Assembly: GCF_004010195.1 (NCBI RefSeq) | Contig: NC_057755.1 | Span: 6,431,474 to 6,469,906 of the forward strand | Direction: 5' to 3' | Length of the DNA stretch: 38,433 nt | From: Chiloscyllium plagiosum | Taxonomy: Eukaryota | In this document: positions 1 to 11,100 of the stretch, piece by piece | How positions within the stretch are numbered: position 1 is the stretch's first letter | Layout of the letters: the number at the start of each line of letters is the position of its first letter | The notes under the pieces: model-generated | The model's input: the letters and a program-made list of their open reading frames with translations, nothing else | Told to the model about the DNA's origin: nothing | Database searches by the model: none | Translations under genes and position numbers: made by a program

Positions 1-202
1 AGCTGCCAGAGCTACTGTTGGAGCCTGGTTCAATTACAATATTTAAAACGCATTGGATGAGTGCATGGATAGGAAGGGTTTAGACGGATACAGTCCACGT
101 GCTGGCAAATGGGACGAGATTAATTTATGATACCTGGTCAGCATGAACGAGTTGGACCAAATGGTATGTTTCCATCCTGTACAAACCTGTGAACTCATGA
201 CT
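1..202 (+). mobile_element. CR1 3' end, co-duplicated with the tRNA unit
   Basis: Homologous to 31420-31610 and 34500-34700 and to the reverse complement of 3255-3470. Confidence 0.8.
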
Positions 203-240
203 CCTACAAATTGCTGCACACAGCACATTAATACTTCAGC

Positions 241-387
241 ACATATTTCCCTCAGCATTCCTGATGAAGAGCTTTTGCCTGAAAAGTCGATTTTCCTGCT
301 CCTCGGATGCTGCCTGACCTGCTGTGCTTTTCCAGCACCACTCTAATCCTAACTCTAATCTCCAGCATCAGCAGTACCCACCTCCGC
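241..387 (+). mobile_element. Penelope-like terminal-repeat fragment with degenerate hammerhead core
   Basis: ctgatga-agagcttttgcct-gaaaagtc at 261-288; imperfect 17-bp flanking repeat at 224-240 and 388-404. Confidence 0.7.
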
Positions 388-1033
388 CACATAAATGTTT
401 TAGCTGGAACGACCATTATCTTGCTTTTCTTAAGACTGGGAAATTTTAAAGGGATTTGAATATACAACCTGTACCAGTACCGAATCAAGGACACTCAGTG
501 GTGAGTCAAGAAGTACGGACTTTCTCTCGTAGATCTGAAAGATTCACATTTTGACCTTCATCAGTGTCTAATCTATTGGGAAACGAGAAAACAAATTCCG
601 AGGAAATCCACCTAAAACTCTGCAGAAAGACGAACTCGACCCGAAAGGGTAATTGATTTCTCTCCACAGATGCTACTAGAACTACTCAGCTTTTCCAGCG
701 ATTCCTGATGTTGGTTCTGATTGTCAGAATCCGCAATCCTTTCGGCTTTTATCTACTCTATCCAGTGTGATTCTGTAACACAGCCATTTCCACACACTCT
801 CCACAGTCACAGCTCAAATATGACACAGCAACTCTCCCAAATAAATGCTGCGGAAGGAATTGAAGCATTTTAACCTGTGGAATTGTTATGTGGATGGTAC
901 TGAGAATGAGTTCGAATTCAGCTAGTCTGCTGGTTTTGGAATTTCGTCTTTCTAGAGTTGAAGCAAATCAGGTTTAACCATTTCACGCATTGATTGTTTG
1001 GACAAAGGACAGAGAACTCCCGTTTAAAAGCAG

Positions 1034-1106
1034 TGCCCAAATCGGGACATGAACTCGGGTCCCGACGATTAAATGTTGCCTTTTCAACAAACTGAGCTAT
1101 CCAAAC
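1034..1106 (-). pseudogene. tRNA-Lys(TTT) pseudogene
   Basis: Colinear 73-nt alignment to the intact Lys gene (tgcccaaatcgggacatgaac...actgagctatccaaac) with many substitutions; same flanks. Confidence 0.85.
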
Positions 1107-1784
1107 TCACTTCGGCTGACTTATCCAGTGACACACACTGTTGAACAGAGAATATTGCATTGATTTATATTTATTTTTATGGGTTTGTTGCACACATTTC
1201 CTTTTTCACTGCTTACTCTTACTGAAACAATGCATTCCCAATCGTATTTCACCGTCACCAACACATCTCCAATCCTTCACCGATTTCACACTCTCTCGTC
1301 ATTTACTTTCCGTGCAGTTGGCTTGCACGTTGCTACCTGAATCAAAAAATAATTCATCACTTCCAGCTCAAGTCTTCCAAACGCATTCACAACAAGAACC
1401 ACACTCTGGCAGCAAATGTTCAGAGAAAACACGGTTAATGCTTCCAGTCCAGTGAGACTTCGTCACAAATCACAACTTGCAATCCACAACAAGCTGCTCT
1501 CGACAAAAAAAAACTCTATCTTCCAAATGTCTGCAACAGAACGTCTCAAGCAAAACACATAACATGTAATCGCAGCTGTTGGACTGCGCTGGGCAAAGTC
1601 AAAAAGAACATCACGCTGGGTTTAGTGTCCAGCAGGTTTATTTGAACCCACAGGAAGGACAGCGAGAGAACTGAAGAAGGAATAAGGCTCTGAAAGCCTC
1701 TGGTTTCAAATCGAGTAAAGCACAGGCACCGGCGTTCCACGGGTTTGCACGACAAAACAGAACTGCAGATGCTGGAATCGAAAG

Positions 1785-2410
1785 TAGCTACAGGGAGAGA
1801 CTGAATAGGCTGGGGCTGCTTTCCCAGGATCATCAGAGGCTATGGGATGACCTTATCGAGGTCGCAATATGGTAAATGCACATGGTCTTTTTCCTAGGCT
1901 GGAGAAAAGGAGACAGATCTCGGTGAGAGAAGAAAGATTTAACAGGGATCTAAGGGGAACGTTTTTTTTTCACACGCAGTGGATGGTGCATGTATGGAAT
2001 GAGCTGCCAGAGGAAATGCTGGAGATTGGTCCAATTGCAACACTTAAAAGGCATCTGGGGGAAAGTGAGGACTGCAGATGCAGGCGATCGGAGTCAACAA
2101 AGTGTGGTGTTGGAAAAGCACAGCTGGTCAGGCAGCATCCAAGAAGCAGAAAAGTTGACGTGTTGAGCATGAGTTCCTCATCTGGAATGACCATTCCTGA
2201 TGACTCTCCGGAAGCTGCCTGACCGGCTGTGCTTTTCCAGTACCACGCTTTTTTGACTTTAAAAGGCATCTGGATGAGTATCTGGGTCGGAATGGTTTAC
2301 AGAGGTGTGGCGCATGAGATGGAAAATGGGACTAGATTAATTTGAGTTATCTGGTCGGCATGGACAAGTTGGATCCAGGGGTCTGTTTCCATCCTGTACA
2401 AAGCTATGAA
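1785..2410 (+). mobile_element. CR1 3' fragment interrupted by a hairpin insertion
   Basis: SYRERLNRLGL-like and VWNELPEE motifs plus 3' UTR. Confidence 0.8.
2059..2258. mobile_element. Hairpin Penelope-like insertion with 15-bp TSD
   Basis: ttaaaaggcatctgg at 2044-2058 and 2259-2273; inverted arms around tcatctggaatgaccattcctgatga. Confidence 0.78.
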
Positions 2411-2953
2411 CAATTTCCTGGGCACAGCACCTAAATGTTTCAACTAGAACGACGATTATCTTGCTATTCTTAAGACTGTTCAAATGTAAAGGGGGTTTGA
2501 AAACTAGTCTGTACCGGTACTTGAGTCCTGAAAGCACAGAGACAGAAGTAGAGACATGTCTCGCAGATCTGAAAGACTATTCTCGTTCACATTCTGACCT
2601 TTATCAGGACCTGATCAGTTTGGAAACAAAAACAGAAATTACGAGGAAAGCACCCTGAAACTCCTGAGAACGAGTCATTCTATCCAAAAGGATGGCTCTG
2701 ATTTCTCTCCACAGACGCTGACAGAAATGTTGTGCATTTCCAGCAATTTCTGATCTTGTTTCTGATTGCCAGCATCCGCACATCTTTCGGCTTTTATCTA
2801 CTCTATCCAATGTGTGTTCTGTCACACAGCGATTTCCGTACATTCCCCACAGTGCAAGCAGAAAAACTATACTTCAACACTGCCAAATAATTATTATGAA
2901 AGGAATTAAAACGTATTAAACTGTGGTAATCCTATGTCGACAGCAATAAGAAT

Positions 2954-3225
2954 GAGTTCGAAATCAGCCAGTACTTTGTTTCTGGGCAAATATGTTTTTG
3001 AGACGTGAAGCAGATCAGATTTAAACACGCCACGGATTGAGTTCAGAGACAGGACTGAAAACTTGGATTTAAAAGCCGGGCCCACGCAAGAGTTCGAAAT
3101 CAGCCAGTACTTTGTTTCTGGGCAAATATGTTTTTGAGACGTGAAGCAGATCAGATTTAAACACGCCACGGATTGAGTGCAGAGACAGTACTGAAAACTT
3201 GGATTTAAAAGCCGGGCCCACGCAA
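2954..3225. repeat. Tandem duplication, 2 x 136 bp
   Basis: gagttcgaaatcagcc...cccacgcaa at 2954-3089 and 3090-3225, nearly identical. Confidence 0.92.
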
Positions 3226-3254
3226 GAACTTGAACTCTGAACCCTCAGATTAAA
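3215..3254 (-). pseudogene. tRNA-Lys 3' half, cut at the anticodon loop by a CR1 insertion
   Basis: ggcccacgcaagaacttgaactctgaaccctcagattaaa matches the acceptor, T arm and anticodon stem, then switches to the CR1 (tagagtca)n tail. Confidence 0.8.
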
Positions 3255-4063
3255 TAGAGTCATAGAGTCATAGAGATGTACAGCATGGAAACAGACCTTT
3301 CGGTCCAACCCGTCCATGCCGACCAGATATCCCAACCCAACCTAGTCCCACCTGCCAGCACCCAGCCCATATCCCTCCAAACCCTTCCTATTCATATACC
3401 CATCCAAATGCCTCTTAAACGTTGCAATTGTACCAGCCTCCACCACAATCTCTGACAGCTCATTCAATACACGTACCACCATCTGTGTGAAAAGGTTGCC
3501 CCTTAGGTCTCTTTTATATCTTTCCGCTCTCACCTTAAACCTACGCCCTCTAGTTCTGGGCTCACCGACCCCAGGGAAAAGACTATCCATGCCACTCATA
3601 ATTTTGTAAACCTCAATAAGGTCACCTCTGAGCCTCCAACGCTCCAGGGAAAACAGCCCCAGCATGTTTAGCCTCTCCCTGTAGCTCAGATCCTCCAACC
3701 CTAGCAAAATCCTTGTAAATCTTTTCTGAAACCTTTCAGGTTTCACAACATCTTTCCGATACGAAGGAGACCAGAACTGCATGCAATATTCCAACAGTGG
3801 CCTAACCAATGTCCTGTATAGCCGCAACATGAACTCCAAACTCCTGTACTCAATACTCTGACCAATAAAGGAAAGCATACCAAACGCCTTCTTCACTATC
3901 CTATCTACCTGCGACTCCACTTTCAAGGAGCTATGAACCTGCACTCCAAGGTCTCTTTGTTCAGCAACACTCCCTAGGACCTTACCATTAAGTGTATAAG
4001 TCCTGCTAAGATTTGCTTTCCCAAAATGCAGCACCTCGCATTTATCTGAATTAAACTCCATCT
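3255..4063 (-). mobile_element. CR1 LINE 3' portion, relatively young; runs into a gap
   Basis: Open frame MEFNSDKCEVLHFG...RDLGVQVH...LVRPLLEYCMQFWSP...LRGDLIEVYKIM, followed by 3' UTR and (TGACTCTA)n tail. Confidence 0.93.
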
Positions 4064-4673
4064 NNNNNNNNNNNNNNNNNNNNNNNNNNNNNNNNNNNNN
4101 NNNNNNNNNNNNNNNNNNNNNNNNNNNNNNNNNNNNNNNNNNNNNNNNNNNNNNNNNNNNNNNNNNNNNNNNNNNNNNNNNNNNNNNNNNNNNNNNNNNN
4201 NNNNNNNNNNNNNNNNNNNNNNNNNNNNNNNNNNNNNNNNNNNNNNNNNNNNNNNNNNNNNNNNNNNNNNNNNNNNNNNNNNNNNNNNNNNNNNNNNNNN
4301 NNNNNNNNNNNNNNNNNNNNNNNNNNNNNNNNNNNNNNNNNNNNNNNNNNNNNNNNNNNNNNNNNNNNNNNNNNNNNNNNNNNNNNNNNNNNNNNNNNNN
4401 NNNNNNNNNNNNNNNNNNNNNNNNNNNNNNNNNNNNNNNNNNNNNNNNNNNNNNNNNNNNNNNNNNNNNNNNNNNNNNNNNNNNNNNNNNNNNNNNNNNN
4501 NNNNNNNNNNNNNNNNNNNNNNNNNNNNNNNNNNNNNNNNNNNNNNNNNNNNNNNNNNNNNNNNNNNNNNNNNNNNNNNNNNNNNNNNNNNNNNNNNNNN
4601 NNNNNNNNNNNNNNNNNNNNNNNNNNNNNNNNNNNNNNNNNNNNNNNNNNNNNNNNNNNNNNNNNNNNNNNNN
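4064..4673. other. Assembly gap
   Basis: N run. Confidence 0.99.
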
Positions 4674-4815
4674 AAGTGTTGGGCTATGGGGTGGTTGGGT
4701 TGGTTGGTCCGGGTGTCCCAGAGGTGTTCCCTGAAACATTCCGCAAGTAGGCGGCCTGCCTCCCCAATATAGAGGAGGCCACATCGGGCCCCAGTATAGA
4801 GGAGGCCACATCGCG
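4674..4815 (-). mobile_element. Penelope-like GIY-YIG endonuclease fragment
   Basis: CGLLYIGEAGRLLAECFREHLWDTRTNQPNHPIAQH (YIG motif, R/EH helix); abuts a gap. Confidence 0.8.
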
Positions 4816-4924
4816 ACCTTCTTATGTGAACCAAGAATCCAACACGCTGAATCGAGAGATCCACTTGTCACATGACTCTCACGTCAAAACCTTCTTCAAT
4901 AAGGCATTGAGTCTGAGCATTCAC

Positions 4925-5490
4925 TGGTAATGATGCAATTCGATGAAGCTTTAGTTCCACCACATTTAGAGCATTGTTTATAGGATTCAGCACGACAGTG
5001 TAGCGAGGCACTGGAGATGAAGCAAAAGGTGTTTACTAGGATGTAGTCTGCAGTGGTGTGCCTTATCTATAAGGAGAGAGAGGACAAACTTGGATTGTTT
5101 TTTGCCAGAACATTGGAGGCTGAGGGCCGACCTGATAGAACTCGAAACAATGATGAGGGACATGGAAACGGTGGAGTGTCTATTTTTTTTCCCCAGAGTG
5201 GAAATGTGAAATATTACTGGATATATGTTGAAGGTGGGAGACAGAAAATTTAAATGGGATCTGCAAGCCCAGCTATTTATACAGAGGGTGTAGCTGAGTG
5301 AAATGCGCTGCCAGGGTAGCTGGTGGAAGTGCACACTACAACAACGATTAAGAAGCATTTAGACAGATGCATGACCAGGTAGAGAATAAAGATACTGAAT
5401 GTAGGCAGGTAGGGTTAGTTTCAAATGTCATCACGTTTAGCTCAAAGATGGTGGGCTCAAGGACCTGTTGCTGTGATGTATTGTTGCGCA
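4925..5490 (+). mobile_element. Old CR1 3' fragment
   Basis: Degenerate CR1 C-terminal and UTR sequence; paralogous to 33300-33860. Confidence 0.65.
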
Positions 5491-5927
5491 AGTAGGAAAC
5501 CAGCGATTAATGTGTTCAAGGCTACTGTGTTCAAGGATCTCTCACAGATCTGAAAAATTCACATTTTGACCTACGTCGATACCTAATCTGTTTGGAAACA
5601 AGAAATCAAATTAAGAAGAAATCTCAGTCAAACTCTTGAGAAAGAGTCACTCGACTCAAAAGCGTAACTCTGATTTCTCTCCACAGATTCTACCATAGTT
5701 ACTTCCTTTTCCAGCGATGTCTGATCTTTATTTCTCATTAACAGCATCCGCACTCCTTTCGGCTTTTATCTTCTCTGTCCAGTGTTTTTCTGTAACACAG
5801 CCATTTACCACATACTCCCCACAGTTCAAGCACAAAAATAACACTTCAACCCTCCCAGATAAATACTACCGAAGAAATTGAAACATTTAACCTGTGGGAG
5901 TGTTATGTGGACGTTGCTAAGAATGAG

Positions 5928-6047
5928 GTAAAAACAATGACTGCAGATGCTGGAAACCAGATTCTGGATTAGTGGTGCTGGAAGAGCACGAAGCTCCTTG
6001 CATGCTGCCTGAACTGCTGTGCTCTTCCAGCTCCACTAATCCAGAAA
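5928..6047. mobile_element. Hairpin Penelope-like insertion with 14-bp TSD
   Basis: ttgctaagaatgag at 5914-5927 and 6048-6061; arms tctggattagtggtgctggaagagcac and gtgctcttccagctccactaatccaga. Confidence 0.8.
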
Positions 6048-6171
6048 TTGCTAAGAATGAGTTCGAATGGAGCTCCACTGCTGTTTCTGGGCATTTTTGT
6101 CTTGCGAAAATTGAAACAAATCAGGTTTAAATACGCTTGATATATGACTGAGGTATCAGATTTAATAGCAA

Positions 6172-6243
6172 CATTCGAGCAGGGAGTTGAACCCTGGGCT
6201 ATTATATTCAAGTCGGATATTCTATCAACTGAGCTATTCAAGT
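6172..6243 (-). pseudogene. tRNA-Lys pseudogene
   Basis: cattcgagcagggagttgaaccctggg...actgagctattcaagt aligns to the intact gene at the homologous position of the unit. Confidence 0.8.
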
Positions 6244-6890
6244 TCAGTTAAGACTGCTGCTGTAGTGACGCACTCTGGTGAACCGAAAATATTGCACTGA
6301 TTTACTTTTATCTTTATCGGTTTGTCGCACACATTTCCTTTCTCATTGCTTCCCCCTATTCCCACAATGTGTTCACATTGGCAGTTCACTGGCACCAATG
6401 CATCTCCAGTCATCTACCAATTCCACACTCTATCATCTTTTTCTTTCGCTGCAGTTGGCCTGCAGGTTGCTTTCTGAAATCACAAAGTAAATTCATCAAT
6501 TCCAGCTCAAGCCTTCCAAACGCATTCATAACAAGAAGGACACAAATTTATCATGGAAATCAACATATCTGGCACCAACTTTCGAGAGAAAACATGGTTA
6601 ATGTTTTCAGTTCAGTGAGACTCTCAGTGCTCGCGAAAAAAAATCCATCTTCCAAATGGCTGCAAGCCAAACATGTCAAGCAAAACACATGACGTGTAAG
6701 CGCCCCTGTTGGACTGGGTTGGACAAAGTCAAAAATCACACCACACCGGGTTATAGTCCAACAGGGTTATTTCAACTCACAGGAAGGACAGCGAGCAAAC
6801 TGAAGAAGGGGCAGTGCTCCAACACCGTCTGGTTCCAAATCAAGTCAAACACGGGCACCGGTGGTTCACACGTTTGATGCACCATTGTTA

Positions 6891-6963
6891 GGTTCCATAC
6901 TGTAGTGGTTATCACGTCTGCTTTAGGCGCAGAAGTTTTTGGATTCGAGATCCAGTCAGACCG
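6891..6963 (+). pseudogene. tRNA-Val(TAC)-derived pseudogene (anticodon now TAG)
   Basis: ggttccatactgtagtggttatcacgtctgctttaggcgcagaag... matches vertebrate tRNA-Val(UAC); internal T5 run and broken acceptor stem. Confidence 0.85.
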
Positions 6964-7107
6964 TTGCATATTTGTACCTTGACTGAAATGAGTTCGTAAA
7001 TTGTGATGGCTTGCATGTTGGCATTCCACTGTGAACCAAGAACTCAGTGCGCTGACTTCAAAGATTGATATGTCACACAGAGGCCCCAGTGGGCCAAACA
7101 GTGAGAC

Positions 7108-7602
7108 AGTCATAGAAATATGAGGCCCTGAAATAGATCCTTCCGTCCAACTACATCATGCTGGCCAGATATCCTTACCTAATTTAGTTCCATTTGCCAG
7201 CATTTTACCTATATCCCTCTAAACCTTCCTGGTCATCTTCTCATCCTCATGACTTTTACATGCTGTAATTGTACCAGCCAACACAACTTCCTCTGTCAGC
7301 TCAGTCCATACACGCACCACTCTCTCTGTGAAATCGCTGCCCTTCAGTCCCTTTTAATTTTTTTTTCTATTCTCACACTCAACCTATGCCCTCTAGTTCT
7401 GGACTCCCCCAACCCAGGGAAAAGACTTTTTATTTTTCCTATCCATGCCCCTCGTGACATTGTAAACCTTGAAAAGGTGACCCTAAGCATCCAAACTTCC
7501 AGAGAAAACAGTCCCAGCCTATTCAGCCTCTCTCTGTAGCTCAAATCCTCCAATCCGGACAACGTTTTTGTAACTGGGCTCTGAACTTTTCAAGGTTCAC
7601 AA
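7108..7602 (-). mobile_element. CR1 3' fragment
   Basis: GLEDLSYRERLNRLGLFSLE...SLFPGLGESRTRGH. Confidence 0.85.
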
Positions 7603-7747
7603 CTGGTGACTCGTGTGGTGAGTATTTGAAAGCACAGGAAGGACAGCGGGAGAACTGAAGAAATTGTGAGAATCCAAAAGATTCTGTCTTCAAACTACAT
7701 AAAACACAGGCACCGGCATTCCACGCATTTGCACAGAGGGCTGTGCA

Positions 7748-7808
7748 GGTTCCATAGTGTAGTGGTTATCATGTCTGCGTCCTTTGGGTTCACGCACCAG
7801 AGGAACCA
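7748..7808 (+). pseudogene. tRNA-Val pseudogene with anticodon-arm deletion
   Basis: ggttccatagtgtagtggttatcatgtctgc...ccagaggaacca, 61 nt instead of 73. Confidence 0.85.
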
Positions 7809-8121
7809 TCACGTATTGGTACACATTGGCATGAAATGAGTTGGGAAATTGTGATTTGTTTGCATGTGGCATTTCTAATGGGAACCTAGAATCCAACACG
7901 CTGAATCGAAAGATTGATCTGCCATATGACCCTCACGTCAATTCATTTTTCAATGCGGTATTAAGTATGAGCGTTCGTTGGTGATGATGCACTTGGAGGA
8001 AAGTTTAAATGGGATCTGCAAGGCCAACTATTTATGCAGAGGGTGTAGCTGAGTGAAATGCTCTTCCAGGGCAGGTGGTGGAAGCACACACTACAGCAAC
8101 GTTTAAGAAGCATTGAGATCA

Positions 8122-11100
8122 GCAAAGAGATCAAACCAAGAACAAAGCAAATTTAAGACCAGGAATACGGCCTTCAGCCCTCCAAATCTGAGCCGATCCA
8201 AGTCTACTGTCTAAACCTGTCACCCAACTCTTACCATCTGTATCCCTCTGCTCTCCATCTACTCATGCATCTGTCCAGGCACATCTTAGATGAATTTACA
8301 GAGCCTTCCCCCCGACCTCAGCTGGCAACGCGTTCCAAGCACCCACACCCTCTGTGTGAAGTACTTGACACATGTATCCCTCTTAAACGTTATACCTCTC
8401 GCTTTGAAAGCGTGACCTTTCGTTATTGAATCTTTCATCCTGGGAAAAAGCTTATCTCTATCTACCCTGTCCATACCCTTCATGATTTTGTCGACCTCAA
8501 TCAGGACCCCCATCAAAAACTTCTTTTTTCTAATGAAAACAAACCTAACCTACTCAACCTCTCGTCATAGCTAGCACATTCCACACCAGTCAACATCCCA
8601 GTCAACCCTCTCCAAAGCAAGCAGAACTGTAAGCAGTATTCTAAATGCGTCCGAAACAACGTCATGTACAATTTTAATATGACCTGCCAGCTCTTTTTCT
8701 CAATACCCTATCCAATGAAGACAAGCATACTATATGTCTTCTTGACCACTCTATCCACCTGTGCAGGAACCTTCAGTATACAATGGACCTGCACTCCCAG
8801 ATCTCTTTGCTCATCAATTTTTCCCAAGGTTCTTCCATTCACTGTGTAATTCGCTCTAGAATTAGACCTCCGAAAATGCAACATCTCACATTTGCCTGGA
8901 TTCAACCTCTTCTGCCTGACCCTCCCCGTCTATCTATGTTTTCCTGTATTCTTTGACAGTCTCTTATGCTTTCTGCTACTCCACCAATCTTCGTGTCATC
9001 TGTAAACTTGCTGATCATACCAACAGTGACCTCTTCCAGATCATTGATGTCTATCACAAACAACAGTGGCCCCGGCACTGATACCTGTGGAACACCACTG
9101 GTCACCTTTCTCCATTTCGACAAACTCCCTTCAACTACTACTCTCTGTCTCCTGTTGCTCAACCAGCTCTTTATCCACCTAACTAGAACATCCTGCACAC
9201 CATGTGACTTCACTTTCTCTATTAGTTTACCAAGGGGAACCTTATCAAACGCCTTACTAAAGTCCATGTATATGACATTAATAACCCTTCATTCATCTAA
9301 CAACTTGGTCACTTCCTCAAAGAACTCTATAAAGCTGGTAAGGCACGATCTCCCCCGCACAAAACCATGTTACATAGCACTGATAAGCCCATTCTTTCTA
9401 AATATACATAGATCCTATCCCTCAGTACCTTCTCCAGCAACTTTCCCTCCACCTACGTCAGGCCCACTGGTCTGTAGTTACCTGGAATATCCTTACTACC
9501 CTTCTTGTACAGGGGGACAACATGAGCAATCCTCCAGTCCTCTGGCACCTGACCTGTGTTTAAGGATGTCACAAAGATATCTGTCAGGGCCCCAGATATT
9601 TCCTCTGTTGCCGCCCTCAGCAACCTGGGATAGTTCCCATCTGGTCCTGGGGTCTTGTCCACATTAGTAATCTCTACCCTAGCCAACACATCTTCCCTGC
9701 TTATTTCAATGTGATCCAGGCGAATCAAACTTCTGTCTTTAATCTCAACATTCATCATGTCCCTCTCCTCAGTGAACACTGATGCAAAATAATCATTCAA
9801 AATCTCATCTATTCTCTCAGATTCGACACACAGCCTTTCTTCATTATCCTTTAATGGAACAAATATTTCTCTACTTACCAACTTACTTCTTATGTAAGAA
9901 TAAAGGGCTTTGGGATTTTCCTTAATTCTGCTCGCGAAAGCTATTTCATGCCCCCTTTAGCCTCGTTTAGGACTGGTCCTTCTCTTCCGATATTTCTCCA
10001 GGGCCTATTCTCTTCTTAGCTGCCTGGACCTTATATAAGCTTCCCTTTTCCTCTTGACTAGCTGTACGATTTCTCCTGTCATCCACCATTCGCGAATCAT
10101 GCCTTTCCTATCCTTTGACTTCAATGGGACATGCCAATCCTGCACTACCTTTAACCTATCTTTGAAAGACTCCCACATATCAAATGTAGACTTCTCTTCG
10201 AATCGCTGCGTCCAATTCACATTTCCCAGCTCCTGCCGAATTTTGATACGATTGGCCTTCGACCAGTTTAGTGTTCTTCCCTTTGGACCGCATTCATCCT
10301 TGTCAACAGATGTTCTAAGTCTTATAAATTTGTGGTCATTATTCCCAAAGAAATCCGCCACTGCAACTTCTACCACATGGACTGGGTCATTCCCCAACAC
10401 CAGGTCCAATATGGCCCCTTTCTCCATCGGACTATTGACATACTGCTCTAAAAGACTCTCCTGGGCACTTCTTACAAATTCAATCCCATCCAGACCTCTG
10501 ACACTAAGTGCATCCCATTCAATGTTGGGAAAAGTAAAGTCTCCCATCACCACCACCCTATTGCCTCTCCATCTTTCCATAATCGGTTTACCTATTTGTT
10601 CTTCTACCTAACGCTCAATGTTAGAAGGCCTGTAATACAGACCCAACAGTTTAACTGCACCCTTCTTATTTCTCAGCTCAACCCATAATGCCTCATTACT
10701 CGAGTGCTCCATAGTGTCCTCCTTTAGCACAGCCATGATATCATCCCTGACCAGCAACACAACTCCACCCCACTCCCCCAACCCCCCGCCCTACTACTTC
10801 CCTCCCTCTCCTGTCTGAAGCGTCTATATCCTGGAACAGTTCGTTGCCAATCATGCCCTTCCTTCAACCAAGTCTCTATGATTACAATAATGTCACACTC
10901 CCAGCCTTCAATCCAAGCCCAAAGTTCATCTGCATACCCACTGTACTCCTTGCACAAAAGTAGATGCACTTCAGGCCACCAGACCCTTTTGCATTCATCT
11001 GTTATCTACTTAATCTTCCCCTTATTAATACTATCATGATTCTTACAGTCTCCAGGTTCCAACTCGCTGTCTACTTTTCTACTCTTCTGGTTCCCAGCCC

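Noticed and set aside
3342..4871. 509-aa and 296-aa ORFs
   Set aside because: They read through an N gap and artificially join a Penelope fragment to CR1 sequence.
6891..6963. Anticodon-switched tRNA (Val body with TAG anticodon)
   Set aside because: An internal TTTTT terminator and a broken acceptor stem indicate decay. The TGC anticodon in the 30821 fragment is likewise on a truncated copy.
8966..10611. Plus-strand 233-aa and 185-aa ORFs
   Set aside because: Antisense shadows of CR1 ORF2.
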